This document shows positions 10,728 to 23,100 of a stretch of DNA of 64,000 bases, piece by piece. The notes below the pieces were generated by a model that worked only from the letters and a program-made list of their open reading frames with translations, was not told where the DNA came from and ran no database searches. Within the stretch, counting starts at the first letter, position 1. Each line of letters opens with the position of its first letter. Source of the stretch: Octopus sinensis (lineage: Eukaryota); the NCBI RefSeq assembly GCF_006345805.1, contig NW_021836309.1, forward strand, positions 2,922 through 66,921. The letters run 5' to 3'. The translations under genes and the position numbers were made by a program.

Positions 10728-10795
10728 ACGTTTATACACTCACATATTTATGTTCTTTTCATTTGTTTGAGTCATTGAATTGTGTTTTCCAAAAC
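10728..10795. repeat. Duplicated flank, partial copy 3
   Basis: cgtttatacactcacatatttatgttcttttcatttgtttgagtcattgaattgtgttttcc matches 4283-4345. Confidence 0.85.
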
Positions 10796-10799
10796 TTCA

Positions 10800-10810
10800 T
10801 AATAATAATA

Positions 10811-10869
<59 letters not shown>

Positions 10870-10877
10870 TAATAATA
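10800..10877. repeat. (TAA)n microsatellite
   Basis: About 25 near-perfect AAT units. Confidence 0.97.
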
Positions 10878-11213
10878 GGGTGAGCATCATAGCCATGTGT
10901 TGAGAGGGACTCTTTGGGGTTTGAATAATTCACTTCTGGAAACATGGGTGTTTTTTTTCAACGTCCTTAAACAACCCTTATTCAGGGACCTTTTGAGCAG
11001 GATGGGCTACTCAACCAGAAGAAAATTCTAACTGGGCCCCACCTGCAAGGTCATGTGATGTTTATCTTTTTATGGGATCACCATGTCGCGCACATATGGT
11101 TGTGATGCATGTGCCTGGTGTACCCTTATCAGACGGGTAGTCATGATGGGTATATTGGGCTTCATATATTTTACCCCAGTGTCACTTTGATAGCATGAAC
11201 TGCTCTCTCACTC
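10878..11213 (+). mobile_element. 336-bp retroelement fragment between two (TAA)n tracts; probable 5'-truncated 3' end of a Dong/R4-like LINE or a dependent SINE
   Basis: Non-coding. It ends ...ccccagtgtcactttgatagcatgaactgctctctcactc followed by (AAT)n. I recall it as a high-copy octopus repeat. The family is inferred from the TAA target context. Confidence 0.55.
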
Positions 11214-11225
11214 AATAATAATAAT

Positions 11226-11282
<57 letters not shown>

Positions 11283-11286
11283 TAAT
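11214..11286. repeat. (TAA)n microsatellite, equal to the (TTA)n 3' tail of the adjacent CR1
   Basis: About 24 AAT units abutting the CR1 3' UTR. Confidence 0.95.
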
Positions 11287-12430
11287 TGTTTACAGTGCTC
11301 AGGTGCACTACAACTCATCTAAAGTGTATATATAATCAGGTGTAGTTTCGGCGGATTTCGGAAAGCGTGAGGGCCTTAAAGGATGCAGTGTCATGGCAGT
11401 CAACAACTGACGCAGGCAGTTTTTTCCATGCTTCAGCAACTCTGAGCGTGAAAAAATGTTTCCAGAAGTCAGGGGAGCTGTGTTGTTTTCTGATTTTGCA
11501 GGAATGTCCACGTGTGTTAGACACATGGAGATCAAAAAGGTGTTCAGTGTTGTTGTTGGTGAGGTGGTTGATAACTTTGTGGGTGTTTACCAAGTCCTTT
11601 GCCAGACGCCGGAGCTTCAGTGAATCCATGCCCAGGGAAACAAGGCGCTCAGAATATGGTAGGTGTCTGATGGAGGGTATGCGTTTGGTTGCACGTCTCT
11701 GGACAGATTCCAGGAGGTCAATGTTCTGAGCAAGATAGGGGTTCCAAACTGATGATGCGAATTCCAGGTGTGGTCGTACGATAGCTGTATACAGTTTTAA
11801 ATAGATGGCTGGAGAGCGGCTAACAAAAGTCTTGCTGAGTGATGCCAAGACACCCTCGGCCTTCTTGACAATTTTAGAGATATGCTTCGTCCAACGCAAA
11901 TCACTACTGACAGTGATGCCTAGGTCACGCTCGCAAGAGGATTTCTTGATATCAGTGTTGTGGAGGGAGTATGTGGACGCAGGGTTTTTTCTCCCAAAAT
12001 GTATGGTGGTACACTTGTCCACAGCCAGTTTCAGTTGCCAGTCTGTGATCCATTGCTGCATTGTGTCTAGGTCTGATTGCAAGAATGAGTTGTAGACATC
12101 AGGATATGACCTCTTGATTTCAAGGTACAGCTTGATGTCGTCTGCATATTTCAATACTGTGGCATTCTTTAAATTGGCATCTATGTCATTAATGTATCCC
12201 ACAAAAAAGAGGGGACCAAGAACAGATCCCTGTGGTACACCCGATAAAATCTCATATAGTGTAGAAAGCTGTCCTAGAACTGTGACTACCTCCTTTCGGC
12301 TGAGAATGAATGATTTCAACCAGTTAAAAAGGTCATCCCCCACACCCATTACAGAGAGTTTTACCATAAGCCTTTTGTGTGGCACAGAGTTGAAAGCCTT
12401 AGCAAAGTCAAGGTAGACAACATCCACCCA
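11287..12430 (-). mobile_element. CR1-clade LINE, 3' 1.14 kb (RT domain, C-terminus, short 3' UTR)
   Basis: VDVVYLDFAKAF, SGVPQGSVLGPLFF..YINDI, KYADDIKLY, ERDLGI, YTAIVRPHLEF..SVWNP, LESVQRRATK, FF..RV..AW..LP. The 3' UTR has a small hairpin agtgc-tcaggt-gcact (11294-11309) and a simple-repeat tail. Confidence 0.95.
11336..12430 (-). pseudogene. Uninterrupted 364-codon CR1 ORF2 C-terminal part (reverse transcriptase), lacking the endonuclease and RT domains 0-2
   Basis: Part of track ORF 11336..12715. The first ~95 aa of that ORF are HTYI repeat read-through. The YADD catalytic motif is intact. Confidence 0.85.
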
Positions 12431-15400
12431 TGTATGTATGTATGTATGTATGCATGCATGCATGTATGTATGTATGTATGTGTGTATGTATGTATGTATG
12501 CATGCATGTATGTATGTATGTATGTGTGTATGTATGTATGTACGTATGTATGCATGTATGTATGTATGTATGCATGCATGTATGTATGTATGTGTGTATG
12601 TATGTATGTGTGTATGTATGTATGTATGAATGTCTGTATGTCTGTATGTATGTGTGTATGTATGTATGTGTGTGTGTATGTATGTATGCATGTATGTATG
12701 TATGTATGTATGCATGTATGTATGTATGTATGTATGTATCTATGTGTATGTATGTATGTATGTATGTATGTATGTGTGTGTCTATTATGTATGTGTGCAT
12801 GTATGTGTGTATGTATGTATGTATGTGTGTGTATGTATGTATGTATGCATGTATGTGTGTATGTATGTATGTAAGTATGTGTGCCTGTCTGTATGTATGT
12901 ATGTATGCATGTATGTATGTATGTATGTGTGTATGTATGTATGTATGTACATGTGTATGTATGTATGTATGTATGTGTGTCTATTATGTATGTGTGTATG
13001 TATGTATGTATGTATGTATGCATGTGTGTATGTATGTATGTGTGTATGTATGTATGTATGTATATATGCATGTATGTATGTATGTATGAATGTCCGTATG
13101 TATGTATGTATGTATGTATGTAGGTATGTATATATGTATGCATGTATGTATGTATGTATATATGTATGTATGCATGTATGTATGCATGTATGTATGTATG
13201 TATGTATGTATGTATGTATGCATGTATGTATGTATGTATGTATGCATCTATGTATGTATGTATGCATGCATGTATGTATGTATGGTTGTATGTATGCATG
13301 TATGTATGCATGTATGTATGCATGTACGTATGTATGTATGTATGTATGTATGTATGTGTGTATGTATGTATGTATGTGTGTGTGTGTCTATTATGTATGT
13401 GTGTATGTATCAGTGTATGTATGTATATATGCATGTATGTTTGTATGTATGTATGTATGTATGTACGTGTGTATGTATGTACGTAAGTATGTGTGTATGT
13501 ATGTATGGATGTATGTATGTGTGTATGTATGTATGTATGTGTGAATGTATGTAAGTATGTACATGTGTATGTATGTATATATGTATGTATGTGTGTGCCT
13601 ATTATGTATGTGTGTATGTATGTGTGTATGTATGTATATATGCATGTGTGTATGTACGTATGTCTGTATGTATGTATATATGTATGTATGTATGTGTGTA
13701 TGTATGTATGTATGCATGTAAGTATGTATGTATGTATGTATGTGTGTATGTATGTGTGTATGTATGTATGCATGTATGTATATATGTATGCATGTACGTA
13801 TGTATGTATGCATGTATGTACGTATGTATGTATGTATGTATGTATGTGTGTATGTATGTTATGTATTCATGTATGTATGTATGTATGTATGCATGTATGT
13901 ATGTATGTATGTAAGTATATATGTATGTATGTATGTATGTAGGTATAAATGTATGTATGTATGTATGTATGCATGTATATATGTATGCATGTATGTATGT
14001 ATGTATGTATGTATGTATGTATGTATGTATGTATGTTTGTATGTATGCATGTATGTATGTATGTATGTATGTATGTATGCATGTATGTATGTATGTATGC
14101 ATGTATGTATGTATGCATGTATGTATGTATGTATATATGTTTGTATGTATGCATGTATGTATGTATGTATGTATGTATGTATGCATGTATGTATGTATGT
14201 ATGCATGTATGTACGTATGTATGCATGTATGTATGTATGTATATATGTATGTAGGTATTATGTAGGGATACATGTATGTATATGTGTATGTGTGTATGTA
14301 TCTATGTATGTATGTATGCATGTATGTATGTATGTATGTATGTATGCATGTATGCATGTATGTATGTATGTATGTATGTGAGTATGTATGCATGTATGTA
14401 TGTATGTATGTGTATATGTATGTATGTATGTATGCATGTATGTACGTATGTATGCTGCATGCATGTATGTATGTATGTATGTATGTGTGTATGTATGTAT
14501 GTAAGTATGTATGCATGTATGTACGTATGTGTGTATGTATGGATGTATGTATGTATGTGTGTGTCTATTATATATGTGTGTATGTATGTGTGTATGTATG
14601 TATGTTGTTTGAATGTATGTATTTATGTATGTGTGTATGTATGTATGTATGTTTCAATGTATGTATTTATGTATGTGCGTATGTATGTATGTAAGTATGT
14701 GTGTATGTATGTATGTATGTGTGTATGTATGTATGTGTGTATGTATGTATGTATGTACATGTGTATGTATGTATATATGTATGTATGTATGTATGTGTGT
14801 GTATATTATGTATGTGTGTATGTATGTGTGTATGTATGTATATATGCATGTGTGTATGTATGTATGTCTGTATGTATGTATATATGTATGTATGTATCTA
14901 TGTATGTATGTTTGTATGTGTGTATGTATGTATGTATGCATGCATATATGTATGTATGTGTGTATGTGTGTATGTAAGTATGTATGTATTTATGCATGTA
15001 TGTATGCATGTATGCATGTATGTATGTATGTATGTATGTATGCATATATGTGTGTATGTATGTATGTATGCCTGTATGTATGTATGTATGCATGTATGTA
15101 TGTATGTTTGTATGCATGTATATATGTATGTATGTATGTTTGTATGTATGTATATATGTATGTATGTATGTATGTATGTAGGTATGCATGTATGTATGTA
15201 TGTATGTATGCATGTACGTATGTATGTATTTATACACGTATGTTTGTATGTATGTATGTGTGTAGGTAGGTATGTATGTATCTATGTGTGTATGTATGTA
15301 TTTTGTATGTTTACATGTATGTATGTATGTACGTATGTATGCATGTATGTATGCATGTATGTATGCATGCATGCATGTATGTATGTATGTATGTGTGTAT

Positions 15401-18400
15401 GTATGTGTGTATGTATGTATGTATGTATGTATGTTTGCATGTATCTATGTATGTATGCATGCATGTATGTATGTATGTATGTATGTAGTGTATGTATGTA
15501 TGTGTGTATGTATGTATGCATGCAAGTATGTATGTATGTATGTGTGTATGAATGTGTGTATGTATGTATGCATGTATGTATATATGCATGTATGTATGTA
15601 TGTATGTATGCATGTATGTGTCTATTATGTATGTGTGCATGTATGTGTGTATGTATGTATGTATGTGTGTGTATGTATGTACGTAAGTATGTGTTTCTGT
15701 CTGTATGTATGTATGTATGCATGTATGTATGTATGTATGTGTGTAAGTATGTATGTATGTACATGTGTATGTATGTATGTATGTATGTATGTATGTATGT
15801 ATGTGTCTAATATGAATGTGTGTATGTATGTATGTATGTATGTATGCATATGTGTATGTATGTATGTGTGTATGTATATAAGCATGTATGTATGTATGTA
15901 TGTATGAATGTATGTATGTATGTATGTATGTGTGTATGTATATATGTATGCATGTGTGTATGTATGTATGTATATATGTATGTATGTATGTATGCATGCA
16001 TGTATGTATGTATGTATGTATGTATGCATGTATGTATGTATGTATGCATCTATGTATGTATGTATGTATGTATGCATGTATGAATGTATGTATGGTTGTA
16101 AGTATGCATGAATGTATGTAAGTATGTATGCATATATGTATGTATGTATGTACGTATGTATGTATGTATGTATGTGTGTATGTATGTATGTATGTATATA
16201 TGTGTATGTGTGTCCATTATGTATGGGTGTATGTATAAATGTATGTATGTATATATGCAAGTATGTTTGTATGTATGTGTGTATGTACGTGTGTATGTAT
16301 GTATGTAAGTATGTGTGTATGTATGTATGGATGTATGTATGTGTGTATGTATGTATGTATGTGTGTATGTATGTATGTACATGTGTATGTATGTATATAT
16401 GTATGTGTGTGCCTATTATGTATGTGTGTATGTATGTGTGTATGTATGTATATATGCATGCGTGTATGTACGTATGTCTGTATGTATGTATATATGTATG
16501 TATGTATGTATATATGTGTTTATGTATGTATGTATGTATGCATGTAAGTATGTATGTATGTATGTATGTGTGTATGTATGTATGTATGTATGTATGTATG
16601 CATGCATGTATATATGGTTGCATGTACGTATGTATGTATGCATGTATGTATGTATGTATGTATGTATGTATGTATGTATGTATGTGTATATATGTATGTA
16701 TGTATGTATGTATTCATGTATGTATGTATGCATGTATGTATGTATGTATGTATATATGTATGTATGTATGTATGTAGGTATAAATGTATGTATGTATGTA
16801 TGCATGTATATATGTATGCATGTATGTATGTATGTATTTATGCATGTATATATGTAGGTATGAATGTATGTAGGTATGCATGTATGTATGTATCTATATG
16901 TGTATGTATGTATATATGTATGCATGTATGTATGTATGTATGTATGCATGTATGATTGTATGTATGTATGTTTGTATGTATGCATGCATGTATGTATGTA
17001 TGTATGTATTATGTAGGTATGCATGTATGTATATGTGTGTATGTATCTATATATGTACGTATGCATGCATACGTATGTATGTATGTATGTATGCATGTAT
17101 GTATGTATGCATGTATGTACGTATGTATGCATGTATGTATGTATATATGTATGTATGTATTATGTAGGTATGCATGTATGTATATGTGTATGTGTGTATG
17201 TATCTATGTATGTATGTATGCATGTATGTATGCATGTATGTATGTATGCGTGTATGTATGTATGTATGTAAGTATGTATGCATGTATGTATGTATGCATG
17301 TATGTGTGTATGTATGTATGTATGTATGCATGTATGTATGTATGTATGTGTGTGTCTATTATATATGTGTGTATATATGTGTGTATGTATGTATGTATGT
17401 ATGTTTGAATGTATGTAGTTATGTATGTGTGTATGTATGTATGTAAGTACGTGTGTATGTATGTATGTATGTATGTGTGTATGTATGTATGTATGTACAT
17501 GTGTATGTATGTATATATGTGCGTATGTATGTATGTATGTGTGTGTCTATTATGTATGTGTGTATGTATGTGTGTATGTATGTATATATGCATGTGTGTA
17601 TGTACGTATGTCTGTATGTATGTATATATGTATGTATGTATCTATGTATGTATGTATGTATGTATGTATGTGTGTATGTATGTATGTATGCATGCATGCA
17701 TGCATGCATGAATGTATGTGTGTATGTATGTGTGTATGTATGTATGCATGTATGTATGCATGTATACATGTATGTATGTATGTATGTATGCATGTATGTG
17801 TGTATGCATGTATGTATGCATGTATGTATGTATGTGTGCATGTATGTATGTATGTTTGTATGCATGTATATATGTATGTATGTATGTTTGTATGTATGTA
17901 TATATGTATGTGTGTATGTATGTATGTAGGTATACATGTATGTATGTATGTATGTATGTATGCATGTACGTATGTATGTATTTATACATATATGTTTGTA
18001 TGTATGTATGTGTGTAGGTAGGTATGTATGTATCTATGTGTGTAAGTATGTATGTATGTATGTTTGCATGTATGTATGTATGTACGTATGTATGCATGTG
18101 TGTATGTATGTATGTATGTATGCATGCATGCATGTATGTATGCATGTATGTATGTATGCTTACATGCATGTATGTATGTATGTATCTGTGTATGTATGTG
18201 TGTATGTATGTATGTATGTATGTATGTTTGCATGTATCTATGTATGTATGCATGAATGTATGGATGTGTGTATGTATGTATGCATGTATGTATATATGCA
18301 TGCATGCATGTATGTATGTATGCATGTATGTATGTATGTATGTATGTGTGTATGTATGTATGTATGTATGCATGGATGTATGTATGTATATATACATGTA

Positions 18401-20148
18401 TATATGTATGTATGTATATATGTATGCATGTATGTATGTATGTATGTATGTATGTATGTATGTTTGTATGTATGCATGTATGTATGTATGCATGAATGTA
18501 TGCATGTATGTAATGTATGTATGTATGTATGTATGCATGTATGTATGTATGTATGTATGCGTGTATGTATGTATGCATGCATGTATGTATGTATGTATGT
18601 GTTTATGTAAGTATGTATGTATGTATGCATGTATGTATGTATGTATGCATGCAGGTATGTATGTATGTATGTGTGTATGTATGTATGTATGTATGTATCT
18701 ATGTATGCGTGTATGTATGTATGTATGTGTGTGTGTCTATTATATATGTGTGTATGTATGTGTGTATGTATGTATGTATGTATGTTTGTGTGTATGTATG
18801 TGTGTAGGTAGGTATGTATGTATATATGTGTGTATGTATGTATGTTTGTATGTTTACATGTATGTATGTACGTATGTTTGTATGCATGTATATATGTATG
18901 TATGTATGTTTGTATGTATGTATATATGTATGTATGTATGTAGGTATGCATGTATGTATTTATGTATGTATGCATGTACGTATGTATGTATTTATACACG
19001 TATGTTTGTATGTATGTATGTGTGTAGGTAGGTATGTATGTATCTATGTGTGTATGTATGTATGTTTGTATGTTTACATGTATGTATGTACGTATGTATG
19101 CATGTATGTATGCATGAATGTATGCATGCATGCATGTATGTATGTATGTATGTATGTGTGTATGTATGTATGTGTGTATGTATGTATGTATGTATGTATG
19201 TTTGCATGTATCTATGTATGTATGCATGCATGTATGTATGTATATATGTGTGTATGTATGTATGCATGCATGTATGTATGTATGTATGTGTGTATGTATG
19301 TGTGTATGTATGTATGCATGTATGTATATATGCATGCATGTATGTATGTATGTATGTATGTATGTGTCTATTATGTATGTGTGCATGTATGTGTGTATGT
19401 ATGTATGTATGTATGTGTGTGTATGTATGTATGTATGTATGTGTTTCTGTCTGTATGTATGTATGTATGCATGTATGTATGTATGTATGTGTGTATGTGT
19501 GTATGTATGTACGTGTGTATGTATGTATGAATGTGTGTGTCTAATATGTATGTGTATGTATGTATGTATGTATGCATATGTGTATGTATGTATGTGTGTA
19601 TGTATGTATGCATGTATGTATGTATGAATATATGCATGTATGTATGTATGTATGTATGAATGTATGTATGTATGTATGTATGTATGTGTATGTATATATG
19701 TATGCATGTGTGTATGTATGTATGTATATATATATATATATGTATGTATGTATGCAAGCATGCATGTATGTATGTATGTATGCATGTATGTATGTATGTA
19801 TGCATCTATGTATGTATGTATGTATGTATGCATGTATGAATGTATGTATGGTTGTAAGTATGCATGAATGTATGTATGTATGTATGCATGTATGTATGTG
19901 TGTATGTATGTAAGTATGTGTGTATGTATGTATGGATGTATGTATGTGTGTATGTATGTATGTATGTGTGTATGTATGTATGTACATGTGTATGTATGTA
20001 TATATGTATGTGTGTGCCTATTATGTATGTGTGTATGTATGTGTGTATGTATGTATATATGCTTGTGTGTATGTACGTATGTCTGTATGTATGTATATAT
20101 GTAGTTATGTATGTATGTATGTGTGTATGTATGTATGTATGCATGTAA

Positions 20149-20179
<31 letters not shown>

Positions 20180-23100
20180 TGTATGTATGTATGTATGTAT
20201 GTATGTATGCATGCATGTATATATGTATACATGTACGTATGTATGTATGCATGTATGTATGTATGTATGTATGTATGTATCTATGTATGTATGTGTGTAT
20301 GTATGTATGTATGTATGTATGTATTCATGTATGTATGTATGCATGTATGTATGTATGTATGTATGTATATATGTATGTATGTATGTATGTAGGTATAAAT
20401 GTATGTATGTATGTATGCAGGTATATATGTATGCATGTATGTATGTATGTATTTATGCATGTATGTATGTAGGTATGAATGTATGTAGGTATGCATGTAT
20501 GTATGTATCTATATGTGTACGTATGTATATATGTATGCATGTATGTATGTATGCATGTATGTATGCATGTATGATTGTATGTATGTATGTTTGTATGTAT
20601 GCATGTATGTATGTATGTATGTATTATGTAGGTATGCATGTATGTATATGTGTGTATGTATCTATGTATGTACGTATGCATGCATGGATGTATGTATGTA
20701 TGTATGTATGCATGTATGTATGTATGCATGTATGTACGTATGTATGCATGTATGTATGTATATATGTATGTAAGTATTATGTAGGTATGCATGTATGTAT
20801 ATGTGTATGTGTGTATGCATCTATGTAAGTATGTATGCATGTATGTAAGTATGCATGTATGTATGTATGTGTGTATGTATGCATGTAAGTATGTATGCAT
20901 GTATGTATGTATGTATGTATGTGTGTATGTATGTATGTATGTATGTATGTGTGTGTCTATTATATATGTGTGTATATATGTGTGTATGTATGTATGTATG
21001 TATGTTTGAATGTATGTATTTATGTATGTGTGTATGTATGTATGTAAGTATGTGTGTATGTATGTATGTATGTATGTATGTATGTGTGTATGTATGTATG
21101 TATGTACATGTGTATGTATGTATATATGTACGTATGTATGTATGTATGTATTTACGTGTGTGTCTATTATGTATGTGTGTATGTATGTGTGTATGTATGT
21201 ATATATGTATGTATGTATCTATGTATGTATGTATGTATGTGTGTATGTATGTATGTATGCATGCATGCATGTATGCATGTATGTATGTGTGTATGCGTGT
21301 ATGTATGTGTGTATGTATGTATGCATGTATTTATGCATGTATACATGTATGTATGTATGTATGTATGCATGTATGTGTGTATGTATGTATGTATGCATGT
21401 ATGTATGTATGTATGTATGCATGTTTGTATGTATGTTTGTATGCATGTATATATGTATGTATGTATGTTTGTATGTATGGTTATGTATGTGTGTATGTAT
21501 GTATGTAGGTATTAATGTTGTATGTAGTATGTATGTATGCATGTACGTATGTATGTATTATACATGTATGTTGTATGTATGTATGTGTGTAGGTGGTATG
21601 TATGTATCTCAGTGTGTATGTGTGTGTGTGTATGTATGCATGTTTGCATGTAAGTATGTATGTACGTATGTATGCATGTATGTATGTATGTATGTATGCA
21701 TGCATGCATGTATGTATGTATGTATGTATGATGTATGCTTACTGCATATATGTATGTATGTATTGTGTATGTGTATGTGTGTATGTATGTATGTATGTAT
21801 GTAGATGTATGTTTGCACGTATCTATGTATGTATGCATGTGTGTATGTATGTGTGTATGTATGTATGCATGTATGTATATATGCATGCATGTATGTATGT
21901 ATGTATGCATGTATGTATTTATGTATGTATGTATGTATGTGTGTATGTATGTATGTATGCATGTATGTATGTTTGTATATATACATGTATATGTGTATGT
22001 ATGTATATATGTATGCATGTATGTATGTATATATGTATGTATGTATGTATGTTTGTATGTATGCACATATGTATGTATGCATGAATGTATGCATGTATGT
22101 ATGTGTGTATGCATGCATGTATGTATGTATGTATGTATGTGTGTATGTATGTATGCATGCATACATGTATGTATGTATGTGTTTATGTAAGTATGTATGT
22201 ATGTATGTATGCTTGTATATATGTATGTATGCATGCATGTATGTATGTATGTATGTGTGTATGTATGTATGTATGTATCTATGTATGCGTGTATGTATGT
22301 ATGTGTGTGTGTGTGTCTATTATATATGTGTGTATGTATGTGTGTATGTATGTATGTATGTTTGTATGTATGTTTGTGTGTATGTATGTGTGTAGGTAGG
22401 TATGTATGTATCTATGTGTATGTATGTATGTTTGTATGTGTGTATGTATATGTGTATGTATGTATGTATGTATGTATGTTTGCATGTATCTATGTATGTA
22501 TGCATGTATGTATGTATGTATGTGTGTATGTATGTATGTATGCATGCATGTATGTATGTATGTATGTGTGTATGTATGTGTATGTATGTATGCATGTATG
22601 TATATATGCATGCATGTATGTATGTATGTATGCATCTATGTATGTATGTATGTATGTATGTATGCATGTATGAATGTATGTATGGTTGTAAGTATACATG
22701 AATGTATGTATGTGTGCATGTATGTGTGTATGTATGTATGTATGTATGTGTGTGTATGTATGTATGTAAGTATGTGTTTCTGTCTGTATGTATGTATGTA
22801 TGTATGCATGTATGTATGTATGTATGTGTGTATGTATGTATGTATGTACATGTGTATGTATGTATGAATGTATGTATGTATGTATGTATGTATGTGTGTA
22901 TGTATATATGTATGCATGTATGTATGCATGCATGTATGTATGTATGTATGTATGCATGTATGTATGTATGTATGCATCTATGTATGTATGTATGTATGTA
23001 TGCATGTATGAATGTATGTATTGTTGTAAGTATACATGAATGTATGTATGTATGTATGCATGTATGTATGTATGTATGTATGTATGTGTGTATGTATGTA

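Noticed and set aside
1410-10816. HTYI/MYVC ORFs in the small microsatellites
   Set aside because: Same artefact as in the giant array.
11367-12416. Plus-strand ORFs 11367..11729, 11805..12095 and 12114..12416
   Set aside because: They are antisense shadows of the CR1 RT ORF with no recognisable motifs.
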